Shown here in pieces: positions 1 to 13,570 of a DNA stretch of 64,000 nucleotides. The number at the start of each line of letters is the position of its first letter. Position 1 is the stretch's first letter. Source of the stretch: Epiperipatus broadwayi (Eukaryota > Animalia > Onychophora); the NCBI GenBank assembly GCA_028023455.1, contig JAQFVV010000001.1, positions 20,274,001-20,338,000 of the forward strand, given 5' to 3'. The translations under genes were made by a program, and so were the position numbers. The notes below the pieces were generated by a model. The model did not search any database, was not told the origin of the DNA, and saw nothing but the letters and a program-made list of their open reading frames with translations.

Positions 1-774
1 GAGTTTGGAGTTTTCACGTTTGTTTCATTTCGATGGCCTTGGTGTCTATTCTATAATCAATTTTTTTTAAATATCTGTTTGTGTCATGACAATGAACCTT
101 CTCATCAAATTTGTTTTCTATCTGTTCTCAAATTTGGTGAGTCTAATTTGACACCTGTGATCACTTTCATCAATATCCCTTTTTATTTCTTTTATTTCTT
201 CCTTTAATTCTGCATTTTGGTTATCTATTTTGTCAGATAAATCAGCACTCTGCTTGTCCATTTTATTAGATAGATCCATTTTCAAATCAGCATTCAGTTT
301 TTCTATTTTGGCAGATAAGTCTGCTTTCAAATCAGCATTTTGTTTTTCTATTTTGGTAGATAAATCTGCATTCAAATCAGCATTCTGTTTTTCTATTTTG
401 ACAGATAAATCTGCATTCGAATCAGCATTCTGTTTTTCTATCTTGGAACTCTGATTTTCTATTTTGGCATTTAGGTTAATAAATGTTTGTTTCATCATTT
501 TCATGACCTGGTTGGGAGTAAAATCATTTGAGTCTCCTTCCTTCCTTGGTGTTTCTACAACCATTGGTGTTTCTTGATGTTGGATTATTTCTGAGACAGT
601 CCCCTCAGATCTTTCAACAATCTGTTCTACTATGTTTTCAAAAATAGAAGTTTCTAAACTATCCCTAATTGAATTTTTCATCTGTCCAACCTGGATTTAT
701 TCACTTTCAATTTCCTTGCTAACTCCTTTACTAGTTTCTAGTTCTATTGCCTTGATTTTACTCCTAGTTATCAT
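1..774 (-). pseudogene. Disrupted gag-like coiled-coil ORF, probably from an LTR retrotransposon; runs off the left edge
   Basis: ORFs 697..1032 and 118..681 are in the same minus frame. From ATG at 774 it reads MITRSKIKAIELE...ESE*IQVGQMKNSIRDS..., with one in-frame TAA at 697-699. A long heptad-like region follows and continues after a frameshift near 120 (EQIENKFDEKVH...). Assignment to gag is inferred from the MxTRS start plus coiled coil; no zinc knuckle or pol is visible in the window. Confidence 0.45.
284..447. repeat. 45-bp tandem repeat (about 3.6 copies) encoding a 15-aa unit KIEKQNADLxADLSx
   Basis: Units such as aaatcagcattcagtttttctattttggcagataagtctgctttc start at 284, 329, 374 and 419. 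Confidence 0.95.
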
Positions 775-778
775 CTGA

Positions 779-928
<150 letters not shown>

Positions 929-1280
929 TTTGTCTGTAAAATGGCTTTATGTAATTTTATTCCGGACTGATTCTTTCTATACAGGTCAAGTAATTTCATA
1001 ATCATGGTAGAGACTTCCCTGCTGTTGTACATTAATCATGAGTTACAATTTAATTTTTATTTAATCATCATTTCATTTATTTATTTATTTATTTATTTAA
1101 TGCACTACTTCAAATCTCATTTTATATTATGTTTATTTGGATGACTACATGACTATTTTATTGGTATCTGTTTGTCAAGTGTTTAGTTTCCATTCATCAC
1201 ATATTGAAACTATTAGCATATCATGAATATAATCATGTTTTTGAATCCCTAAAGTTTGAAACCATATGTATATAATAATA

Positions 1281-1408
1281 TAATCTTAATACATGTGATT
1301 TATGCCCAACAATCGGGTGTGCCGTACGTAATGGGATGCACTGAAAATTGTAATCTAAATATGTGATTCATGCTCAATGATTAGATGTGCCATATGTAAT
1401 GGGATGGA
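1281..1408. repeat. Diverged ~69-bp tandem duplication, with a third partial motif near 1593-1610
   Basis: atgtgatt...gtgcc(g/a)ta(c/t)gtaatgggatg occurs at 1293 and 1361; atatgtaatgggatg recurs near 1595. Confidence 0.75.
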
Positions 1409-3817
1409 ATGTATGTATGAGATGAGATTACTAATGACTTATGGTTTTTAAATTGCAACTGCTCATTACATTGATTTTGCCAGTTATGATATGACAATCA
1501 TCTAAGTTCATGACCAATATATTGGACAGCATATGTATAGCACAGAATGTATGCTGCCATGCTCTTATTTAAGAGTGCCACAGATTTGGAAAGCATATGT
1601 AATGGGATGAACTGTTCCTCTAGGAAAAGTATATCTAACTGCGATTTCCCATTTGGTCTTCAAAGTATGGCATTAAACCTGATAGGGTGAGTCAGTTATC
1701 TGATGATTTACATGGGTTTTATGAAGTGGTTCAATGATAATTATTGATTAAGTGGAATGGAATTCACACTTATATAACTTCCCTTACTTCACTTCTCAAT
1801 CCCCATTATTCCACAGAGTTCAAACTCAGAAAGAAAGTACACATAATGTACTTATCAGATATGTGTGTATTGAATATGTGTATAGTGTGATTTATTGGAA
1901 AATAAAAAAATCAAACGACAGACAACTAATTTTATTTAATATTTAACAAATTAATTTTGATGATAGTTTCCATTCATGATTGTTTTATAACAAAAATAAT
2001 GTGTTTGATTAATTTAATAATTGTGTAGGCATGACCATCCTTCGTTTATGTTCATTAACTATTTACTAACCCATATCTTTGATCCCTATGAAGGCTCACC
2101 ATTCTAATTTAATAATTTCAACTTTACATTGAATACAATATAAATAAAAGAACCTATATTTTAACAATTAACTCTACTAACTAAAATGTCTAGTATCAGT
2201 TGCTCATTAATTTTCGATCTGTCTATCCATATTTTATAATTTGTTGAAGGTTGCTCTTATATTCTGAACCCCCTCCTATTCTGATGTCATAAAAATCTAT
2301 GATAGAACAGACCAATCATCCAAGGGGTTTAGTCATACATTACAAATAACAAATAATTAAAAATTAAGTTAAGTGAACACAAACATTGAACATAAAAAGT
2401 ATTGTAACTGTCAAAGTGTGAGTGCATAATATTGGATAAGAATAAAGTTTCACCTTTCAAGTCAGTAGACTAATGTATCAATGAGCAAGCAAGTTCAGGA
2501 GACTGTCCTAAATTTTATTATTAAATGAAAAATAAAAAATATAATTGATGATTCTCCTTCCCTCTAGAAAAATTGACAGTTGGATGGATTGATTCTGTTT
2601 CAAAAGAAAGAATAATTTGACAAGTGAAATATGAATTTTAAAAAAATTATAAAAATATAATTTGAGATGTTAATCCAGCATAGACTAGTCATAATTCAAT
2701 CTAGTCATAATTCAAAGTCTTATAGTTCACACTGTGAAATATTGGAGTATCTTTGCCTTTAGGAAAGTTCCATTGTATGAATTGAATGGTAGTTCATTTG
2801 ATAATATTTAGCCGCCATGTGGATCTTTGTGTTGGTGACTCAGATTCTTTTATAAACTATTTTTACCATGCTGAGAGAATTTCTTTACTTGATTGTAGTA
2901 CGTTGTAGATCTTTTTATTATCGTATCATCATGATGTTAATTTGAAATGATAATCATATCTGGAATGTTTGCATGATGAGTAGCTCCATTCCCATGATGG
3001 GTCTAGCAACCTAGCCATGCATGATTTGTTGTTTTCTAGCTTATAACTTGGTTTAAAATATAATCTTTTAAGGAAATCGGTAGTGGATTTCTTAACCGAC
3101 TTTTTCAAGTTGTAATCATAGTGGCTTATGAGTTCTACTATTGACGATAGCTAAAATGATAAATAACTTAATTTTAGAAATTTAAAAAGTAAATTTTTAA
3201 AAGATAACTTACTCTCCATCCTTTTCTTTTCTTCTTAAAAAAAATGAGGTTGTTCTATATTGCTTATCTCTTATTGATTGATGTGTGAGTTTCAAAATTG
3301 TGCTTTTATTTTCATTGTTGACATCATTTTGACATTTATAGAATTTTATGCTGGATTAATAAATTTAAAAAATTTAACATTAATGATTTCTTTCTTTTGT
3401 TTTTTGAGATTTTTACTTACTTGACTTTATATAGATTTGGTATATATATATATATAATTCAGTATTGTCAAAAATATAATTTTAACTGACAATTTTACAC
3501 AAAACTGATTAATATATAATTAATAATATCTTAAAGATTGTATTGGTGGGTTTAGTCTTTAATATTGGTGTGTGAAGATTTTTGTGTAGTCTGATAAATG
3601 TATCCTTACAATATAAATATGCTTTCAATAAATTATACACAAATGTATCTGAACAATATTTCATTTATATCTCTAATCCATGAAAATCTTCAATTTAACG
3701 TATATATGTGGGTGTGTAATAATTCATTAAAGATACAGCAAAGACTTCTAATCTATTTACATTTCAAGACATGTTAAAAGAATAAACAAGAATATATATA
3801 TATATAATTACTAAATT

Positions 3818-4260
3818 AGCCAATAAACATCACATAATCACAATTTCTTATGCTTGCTTATAACTTATTAAAACAGGCAAAACTCTCTATATGTATTGTC
3901 ACTCAGTGCAAGCCAGAGTAATCAATGGATGACAGAAGGCTATATAAGCTAATGACTATATAAGCTAATGAGCTTGGATTGAAAACATTATAGTGTTTTC
4001 AAGTTAAGAATCATAGCTTTGTAGTTAGGTAGAGATAAAAGGTGGCTGCTGGAAAGTTGTATTAGATCATAAGAACTATGTGCAGTGCTCTCTAGATCCA
4101 AGACTCCTCACTGATGAAGGCCACAAACCAGAAACTAATCTGGGGATATTGGATGAGTAAGCACTAGATGGGGATTTTATACACAAGCCTTCTGGCATCC
4201 ATTGATTACTCTGGCTTGCACTGAGTGGCAATATGTATAGAGAGTTTTGCCTGTTTTAAT
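3818..4260 (+). mobile_element. Non-coding Penelope pLTR-like element (family A) with inverted terminal arms and a hammerhead motif
   Basis: 3867-3941 is a near-perfect reverse complement of 4186-4260 (75 bp). The left arm extends to 3818 as the reverse complement of the 23820-23884 sequence. The core 3945-4260 aligns with 23525-23830. Confidence 0.8.
4105..4146 (+). ncRNA. Minimal type-I hammerhead ribozyme motif (degenerate stems II and III)
   Basis: TCCTCA CTGATGA AGGCCACAAACCA GAAA CTAA TC TGGGGA: stem I TCCTCA/TGGGGA, CUGAUGA and GAAA cores, AUC site. The stem III palindrome is broken (ACTAAT). Confidence 0.7.
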
Positions 4261-5510
4261 TATTAAATTAGAAAAAAAACACAAACATACTACATTTATT
4301 TATATAGGAAGATTTGAAACCAATAATTATATTTCTCACTTAAAGATAAAGATATGAACAGTTATTTTAAAATCCTAATAAAGAATTTAGATAGGGTAAA
4401 AGATGATACACGGTAATTTAAATAGTCTCAAATTAAATGGATTTAAACTAGATTAACAACTAATCTATACATAAATCAAAGTATCAACATGCTTAAAATG
4501 AATGAACAAAATAACCAATAAATGACTGTTGTTATTCCAAATAAATGACATAAATTAAAATACATAATTGAAACATATTTGATCAGGAATGGTACAACCT
4601 TATTTTTTCATTTTTATATCCATAAAGAATGTTTTAATAAGATAAAATATATTTATAACTAAAATTATTTTCTTCCTATGTGTGAATTAAAAGTTGTTAA
4701 AAAATGTCACATTAACTTTGATATTCATTTACATCTGATTTTTTGTGAACACACTTCTAGGCATTTGATGTTTTTTTCCTGGTATCACACATACTTTTTC
4801 ATTTACTAAAATGTATTTTCTGCTTTACCTTTACATTTTTTACATATTCATTAAAAACTTATGTTTAAAAAGTGAAAGTCATCTTTGCAAATAAGAAAAA
4901 GAAAGAATAAACAGAAATAAATAATCAAAATAAAAGTTTCCATTCTAGTTTTATATGTATGTTTAAAACCATTTTAATAAAACATAAATTCAAATAATGA
5001 ATATATTCTTTGAAATATTAAACTCAACTGTTAATTAAAAAGAAAATAATAATAAATTTGTTTTTGACAGTAAATTTTTAAACAATGTTTTTAACACTTT
5101 TTGATATCAGAAATTTGTTAGTTGATTCATTTTCTGTAAAAAAAAAAAAAACTAAAATTCTAATAAAAATTACACACTTATATGAAGAGACAAATATTTT
5201 TACAAAGCAAAAATTGTACTTTTCCTTATCAAAGATATTTTTTTCTTAAATCACTTTGGTTGCTTATATCTAGGTACTCCTGTAAAAATCAAATACTCTA
5301 TTATCTGATTTGTAATTGCGAAAATAACTCAAAACCTTTTAAATTCAAGTTTGTACTGTCAAATGATGGCAATGAAATCATCCTTTGAGATCAGTTGAGA
5401 TGTATTGCAGTGTCAATGGCTCATTCACATTAAAATAAATTGAAAAAAAATTAATGGAAAGGACTTTCCATGGTAAAAACTATTAGACAATATAACACCA
5501 GTTTATGAGG

Positions 5511-5516
<6 letters not shown>

Positions 5517-5588
<72 letters not shown>
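5517..5588. repeat. (TA)n microsatellite
   Basis: Seen directly; it explains the YI-repeat ORFs. Confidence 0.99.
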
Positions 5589-5592
<4 letters not shown>

Positions 5593-5645
5593 CTCTCCAT
5601 ACAGTAGCTTCCCTCAGTGCAAACCAGAGTAATCAATGTATGCCT
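5589..5645 (-). mobile_element. Short fragment of family A pLTR adjoining the (TA)n tract
   Basis: aaaactctccatacagtagcttccctcagtgcaaaccagagtaatcaatgtatgcc resembles the 3880-3935 arm. Confidence 0.7.
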
Positions 5646-6989
5646 CTGAAAAAAACAGATTGTGTAAGCCTGGAGAATTGTTATTGTGTGATGTTTGATG
5701 GTTTAATAAATACGTATTTGGAAATTTTATTACAATAGGGCATGATGTAAATAATATAACCCTGTATAGGTTATCATCATATAATTTATATTAGGGAAAC
5801 ATTTATCAGTGAATCCTAATTAAAGAACAGATTATAAAATAAAATGTATCTTTAAAACTCAGACAAATTTGACATGTGAAAACCATGGGTTACAAAAATT
5901 ACTTATAAGAAATGTTTATAGATTAATGTACCTCTTATTAGTCAATGATGAACTGTGATTTTTAAATATTTAAAATTTCTTTGACTTGACTATAAAATGC
6001 ATGAGTTACATAATTCCCTTCATCTTTGTTTTTGTATATCAAGAGATATATGCCATGTTATACTATGATAAAATTTGAATTATTTATGAATTTTTAATTA
6101 AATAACTTCATTTAATTTCTCCTCCCTCTCAATTTATTATATTTTACAGAGAAAACAATGCATTAAACTTTTTTGATGGGAATAAAAATGAATTCTGAGA
6201 TGAACTGAGTATTAACAATTCTTTTCCAATTTCTAGCTATTAAACTGCATGCTTCTTTTATAAATATTCACTAAAGTTAGAAAACTTTATTTCCTCCAAA
6301 AAAAAAGCTTACAAACTTTTCAATAGACATATTGCTCTATGTGTTTTACTACAAAGGTGATGATGGAAGATATTTTACTATGTGGTACTTTCAATAAATC
6401 ATTTAATCAGAATTTCTCTTTGGAAGATGAAGTACCTACTTTGGCAGCAAAAAAATAAAGAAGAGTTAAGTGATCTTTATTTGTAGAAGTTAACAATATA
6501 TTAGTTGATTTGTCCTGATGACTTGCTGAATAGTTATTCTCTGCCATTAAATATAATATAAGGGCAAGTAAATATAAGCAATGTTACCAAGTTTTCAGAT
6601 CTGCTGTTTCTCATTACATATTAATATTCAATTTTACATTTTTTTTTGTTTACTATTCAATAAAAAAAAATTTGATAAAATTATTAATAAAACTTATATG
6701 CCCACTAAAATTACATAATGTTTCAAATTGTGAATAGTCTGCATTTTGGGAGATAATAGTAGGAATTCTAGTGGATATTTTGGGATTTGGATATAAATCT
6801 GAGATAGCCCCATTTTCCAGTCATATTACTTGTAATGGATTTTAACATTTTTTTATCATAACTACATTTCAATAATAATAAAAAAATGTCAGATAATAAA
6901 AGTAAAGATTATGACAAAATATACTAAAATTCAGTCTATTATAAATTAACACAACATAAATTTTAAATCTGCATATCATATACATATAG

Positions 6990-7400
6990 AAGTAATGGTT
7001 GATAAGGCAATCATTAAGTTTACTGGACATAATACAATGTGACAACATAATTTCTCAAAACCAGTAAAGCAATATTTTAAGCAGTCAATGTGTGCTGATA
7101 GTACAATAACTATGTATCCCATATGGAGTTATACATAGACAAGGATTCAAATGCAGATGCTTGCATAAGTCTATATTCATGTTCTGTACCAAGTTTTATT
7201 CATGTGTATAGTTAGCAAAAGAACTATAGGCTAAAAAGATATACCTTTGTGCAACTACATGCAACAAGAAAATGTATTCCAAATAGTATTACTGAACTAC
7301 ATAAAAATATAAAATGAAAAAAGGAGAAACTCATTTTGTCATTGATAAAAATAGTTGTCTTCAATTTCTAGTTTGGATATTTAGAACTAAATATGATATC
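6990..7400 (+). mobile_element. piggyBac-like transposase relic
   Basis: Degenerate translations VDKAIIKFTGH (cf. VDESMIKFKGR), SKPVKQYFK..CADS (cf. NKPVKRGFK..CADS), CATTCNKK and KKGETHF, in the expected order; many stops. Confidence 0.55.
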
Positions 7401-10399
7401 AGCTAAAACTATGAAAAAGAAGCATCCATATCCATCCACTATAAAAATATACAACTGCTATATAAAGAATTGCAAATTATATTATTTATAATAGTTATTT
7501 ATTATGTCAAACATAGTATACTATATCTTATTATTATCGTTAATCACAAAAAGTTAAATAAAAATTCATTTTCTTTTACGTTTTCTTATTGTTTACTTGA
7601 CTACGATTAAAGTTATATATTTAATTAATCATCACCATACTATTCTTTAGAAGACCCAGAATTAGTCCAATAAAATAATAAGATATATATATATTCCACG
7701 TATAGGCCTAATTGTAATAGGATAATTAGATTAGTTATGGTTTCAAGATGAAAAGAAAGATGAAAGAAATCATTTAAATGATGATGATGAAGTATGCTAT
7801 TTTACAAAGATTAGGTATGTCTTAGATTTATTTAATATCATTTGATGATTAAAATTATGAGATCAATTACAGAAATTTAATATAAACAAGTACACAGCAT
7901 AGCTAGTATAACGTTTGATTTCTCACTAGGCTTACTGAAATTAGTTTCCATTGTGAAGAAATTTGTATTTATTTGTTATTTATCAACATATCTAAATGCA
8001 TGCCTACCAATAATCTGATATCATCTAGTATACAGAAACTCAAATGATTTTTTCCCATTGTTTTACTTAGTTATTCTAGACAAAATTTCAGCTACAATGT
8101 AACCAATACAATAAGCTGAAAATGGATTGCACTTTACTTAATTAATATTCTAGCTGTTATAAAAATAGGGAATCAGACGTCTTTCATATTTATATAAGTG
8201 ACTGTAAGAATAGAGTATTACGTATTACATGAGTCTAATATAATTTTGCAAGATAATAAAATAAATATTTAAAAATATACATTCCAAAGGTCATAAAAGT
8301 ACTCTAAGGAATGCAAATATATTTATCAACAATCAATTAAAATGAATTTCTTTTAACGTCAATAATAGACATTTTCAGTTTTTATTAAAAGCGAAAAGTT
8401 TTAAATAATAATTCCAAATACTTCCTAGTTTATAATTTAAAAATAGCAATGTTTGAAAGAAAAGAGCAGTTCTGATATTAAAAAACATAAGAAATCTGAG
8501 TTTCATATCATTAACAATATATATCTGAGTCCTATAAAGAATTCAAGTTTCTGCACTTAAATTCTAAATTCATTTGATTTTCTTATGAATAAATTATAAT
8601 AAAAGTTGTAATCTAATGATTTTAAACTATGATTTAATTTAAAAAGAAATTTATCGAAAAAAAAAAAAAAAGTATTAATAAAACCAGAATATATTTCCTA
8701 CTTTATGTTTTAATATATCTTTTTTTTTATTAATTTTACAATTTAATCATTAAATAAAGATATATAAACTGATTTAGATAGCAATAATATTCAAACAAAA
8801 ATTATTACGCTTTAATAATAATAATAATGTAAAAACATCTTCCAAAAAAAAAAACAAATTTGCAGATACACATTGGATGAAAAATGATTATCTGTAATTA
8901 TTGAATATAAACGTCATCAAACATCAAACCAATTGATGACAATCATTCTTGATTTCCATCTAAGTCTAGTACTTTGATTAATTTTATTCATTATGTTTCT
9001 ATCTGTATAAATAATCTGACAAAGGTAGTTGTCATTATTAAATACTTTTAACTTATTATTATTATTCTTTACTTTTTTCTTATATTATAAACAATTGGAA
9101 ACTAATTTCCTTATCTTTTTATTCTATTTTCTTTCTTATATACAAGACATCTTGCATCATTTTCTGAAGTTCTAAAATCTACTTTCCAAAAACAACACCA
9201 CATAGAAAATCTAGATAACTTTATCTTAGTTTCTTTCTCACTTTAATTAACAAAATATTTCAAGCAAAATGGCTGTAAATAGTTTGGAGATATGGAATCA
9301 CACTATTTTATAGCCTTATCAATGTTTTTGTTTTTTTGTTTTTTTTGGTGAAACTATATGAACTAAACACTACAGTTGAATTTTAATAAATATTTTAAGA
9401 AATCTTTGTCTTAATAATTAAATGTAATCTATTATATTATAATCTCTTTTGAATCCAGCCTAATTGCATTTCATCTAAAATTTTCTGTAAACATGTTATA
9501 ATATTCTTTGTAAAAAATTTAAATAAAACTAATTAAAACCTGAAAAGTCTGTAATTTGTAACAACTTCTTTTTCACCATTTTGAAAGATCAATATCTATT
9601 TTTTTCAATGACTATTAAATCTTAATCATTTAAACATTTAGTATAATGTTTTGCCTCTAATTTTTGTGAATCAAAAATATAAGAACATTATTATTTCAAG
9701 TTTCACATTTATAATTATCATTAACAATATAATCAATGGCAATAAAATAAAGTTTAACCTCTCTATTAAATGAATTAAACTTATTAATAAAATTTGATTT
9801 TATAAATTTTTCAAACTCTTTTGTTCCCCCAAATCAAACTCATTTCCATTAGTACAATATCTAATTTATTCAAAATTCAGTCTTTTTTCTTTTTTTTTTT
9901 TTTTTGTATTTTCTTTGGTACTGGAATCAATAATTGAAACAATATGACATTCTAAATGGAATTGCTGGGGATTTTATCTAGCATCAGTAGACTTTTTTTG
10001 TTTATGCTTTTATATGAATGTACTGTTGGGAATGCATTGTAGAATATAAAATAAACTTCAGCTGGTATGTGAAAAGTGGGATGTGATTTATGGCTATTCT
10101 ACTCATAAAGCCATCCTCATCTAGTTGTGCTTTCACTAATAGGACTCTGGTAGCCAAATCACTCTCAATATAAGGAGTCTCCCTCTATCATGCCAATAGT
10201 CTCTTAGAAGAATGGATAAACTAATAGACATTAGATCTTTTTATGCTTAGGGAGAGAAATCTTTCCTGAAGGTTGATTAATCTTAGAATTGTCAATGGCA
10301 TGAGGATATAGAAGGGAATGTGAAACTACTACATTAAAGATATTCAGATATCTCATGATAAGAAGTTGTAAAAAAATGAATAGAACTACTAGTTATTTC

Positions 10400-12450
10400 A
10401 CTGATTATGGAATTCATTTACCAAAAAATGGCAAAAGTGAAAAAGGTAAGGCCACTCAGGTCACCAGCCTGTAAAATCCTCAGAAAATAGATTTATGATA
10501 GGTGATTGGAATGTGAGATATTATGGAGGCATAGTAGGTTAGAAAAACTGAGTCAATAATAAAATATAAGATGGATGTTTTAAGTGTATGTGAGATTAGA
10601 TAGATAATAGTAACTTTAAATTAGAAAAATTTTAATAGTTTTAAAAAAATTATGATGTCATTTATATTAAGATGTAGATAGGTAAACAGTATATTGAACA
10701 CTTATCATGTGAATGAATGAATTTTAGTGATTGAGAAAAAAGCAAACCTAACAGATATGGTATTACCATAGTTATATTTTCCTACTAGTAGTTAGTAGTG
10801 CAGATGAAGTTGAAAGTATTTATGAAACATTAGAATTGTTAAAGCATCTCAATGATAAGAATAAAAGGTAATTTTAATACATCTGTGGGTGTACATAAAA
10901 ATTCAAAATGTGTGGAGCAGATTTGGTTTAAGTAATATGAATTTTCAAGGTGAAAGATTGATTGAATTCTGTGTCAGTCTGAATTGGTGTAGATAGTAAT
11001 CCATATTTATTTTAGCAAAATGTAATATTAAATTTAAGAGGAAAATTACACCTGCTCAAAATAAATAGTTACAAGTTCATAACATAGCTAATAAATTTGA
11101 TGAAACTATTATATTAGATATTAAAATATGTGATGGAAGAATAATAATGCATGTAGCAGTTGTAACTAAAGTATTGGGAATATAATATTAATACTTAAAA
11201 AATCTATGGCTTAAGCAACATTGGACTTAATTTAAAAAAATGAAGTTAGATACAAATACTATGATCAGTATAAATATAATAAGTGAAAAAATTGAAAACA
11301 TATATGTTGGAAAGATTAAATGACTTTATGAAAAAATCAAAATGTTGAATTATAAATTAGTATATAAAAAAATTAAAATGTTGAATTATAAATAGGGACA
11401 ACATTTACTAATATTGTTAAGAATAAGGGGGAAAAAATACTTTTAAAAAGCAAGAAAGTGTGTAATCATTGGAAAAAGTATATTGGAGATTTGTATAAAG
11501 AAGAAAAAATAATAAATATAAAATATGAGAGATTATATAGAGGATAAAAATATGGTTAATGAGAATAAGAAAGAACCTGCAATAACAAGAGAAGAATTTG
11601 ATTATGCTCTTTCAAAGATAAAAAAATAATAATGACATCTGTATTCCAATTGACCTTTTAAAAAATTGTAGTAATATGTCATAAAAAGTAAATTATTTGG
11701 TATGAATCAGTATATTATGAAAAGGGTATAATAGCATCTGATTTTATCACTCAAAAACTATTGCATTTCCAAAAAAAATAATGCAAATGATTCCAAAAAT
11801 TGGAACACAAAAAAAGTTAGATGAGAATTTGGATGCATATCAATATCATTTTAGATTTGGAAAAGAAATTAGAGAAGTAATAAAGTCATTAAGAATGATT
11901 TTACAAAGAAGACAGATAATGAATAGGAAGTCTTAAGTGGCTTTTATTGACTTGGAGAAGACTTGACAAAATGGATTGGAAATTATTGCTAAAATGATGA
12001 AGAATGTAGGCCTTGGGTGAAAAAATAGACAATTAATTTTAAATTTATATAAATATCAAAATACAAAAATAGTCAGAAATAGCTGCAAAACTAATAATGC
12101 TAACATAATAAGAGGTACAAACAAAGACTGTCCATTGTTGCTCTGCTTATTCAATTTATTTATTGAGAACAAAATAAGGATTATGTAAAAAAAACTAAAG
12201 GAATTAAAATTAATAGTTGCATATTCATTATTTTCATTATGCAGATGATAGAGCATTATTTGCATACTCGGAAAAAGAAATTATATTGAATATGCTTATA
12301 GATTCTTTTAAACTAACAATAAATGATTATAGTTAGACACAAGATAAAAAGACTAACTGATATGTAAAAAATAAAAAACAAGTTAAGGAATTTTTTTATC
12401 TGGGAAATATCATTTGAGATAGCAATGATGTCTTATAGAGATTAAAGAAA
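10400..12450 (+). mobile_element. Heavily decayed RTE-type LINE (APE + RT remnants)
   Basis: Remnant motifs in order: WNVR-like (~10510), DEVESIYETLE (~10800), EDLYK, FRFGKEIREVIKSLRMILQRR (~11855), FIDLEK (~11945), LFNLFIE (~12150), YADD (~12238). Possible 5' UTR back to ~10050. Confidence 0.7.
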
Positions 12451-12459
12451 AATAATGGG

Positions 12460-13120
12460 TATTTGGGAGTTTTCTGGTAAACCAAAATGTCAGCCTATAT
12501 TTTTTGATAAATCTACAGTTTCAAGGGCTTCCAAAAATGTTTTGAAAAAATTGCCTGCTAGGAAATCTAATTAATATTTCCATTTTATTCATTGTGGTAA
12601 AATCAACTACAATATTTACAGTTCTTTTTCTTTTTGTTTTAGGATTAATTTATTAACAGAAAAATGGAAAAAAAATATATAATATTTACACTTTATTCAT
12701 GTTGCTGGTATGCAATCATATCATGACCATTAACATACTTTTCAGGAAGGCAGGATCCCATATGTTTGGAAATTGTCCATTGCATCAAGATCAGTGACAG
12801 GATAGTCCCAATTTTTTATCATTATGACAATTTAACAAAAAAATTGCTGACAATAAAAAACAGGTTGAATTGAACCAAAATACAACAATATTAAAAGCAT
12901 ATTATCATTTCTCACATTATAATGCAGGTAAAAAAAAATGAAATAAACTTCTTAATAAAATTTATTGGAATTTATTCCCTTTTTTTTTTTAATAATTGAT
13001 TTATTAATTTTGCTTTAATTTAAAAACTAATACATCTTCAGTAGATTCTAAGCCCTCAAAAGTATATATTTATCAAAAATACAGGCTGCCATCTTGGTTT
13101 ACTGGAAAACTCACAAGTAT
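12460..13120. mobile_element. MITE-like non-autonomous DNA element with ~70-bp imperfect terminal inverted repeats
   Basis: 12460-12530 (gagttttctggtaaaccaaaatgtcagcctatattt...gggctt) matches the reverse complement of 13050-13119; no ORF inside. Confidence 0.65.
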
Positions 13121-13244
13121 TAAATAATATTAGCAGAACATTTTCTCAAAGAAAAAACATTACTAGTAAATAAAAATATCAATACAAAAAATTGAATGAA
13201 ATTTATTAAAACTTTCATTTTGAATATATTGACATATGGTTGTA

Positions 13245-13570
13245 AGGTATGGCCTTAAAAAAACAAGAGAAAAACAGAAATAAAAATGTGCTTTAAAGAA
13301 AATTAGTGAGAATAAGTTGGATTAAAAAAAGACTAATGATCAAATATTAAGAGAACTTGGGGTGAAAAGGGACCTACTGAATACATTAAATGAAGAAAAG
13401 ATTGAGTTTTTTTTACTCATATTTTATGACATGATAGGTTTTTATAAAATATTTTGAAAGACAACATTTTAGAAGAGAGATTGAGAGGCAGATGAAGAAC
13501 ATCCTATCTTAAAATATGATCAATAAAATTGAATATTTTTCATATGCAGACATTAAATGAATTGCTGGAA
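13245..13570 (+). mobile_element. 3' fragment of an RTE-type LINE
   Basis: Degenerate translation ...LVRISWIKKKTNDQILRELGVKRDLLNTLN...HIL..HD...LEERLRG resembles the RTE C-terminal domain. Confidence 0.6.

Noticed and set aside
5451-5738. Two YI-repeat ORFs
   Set aside because: Artefacts of the (TA)n tract.
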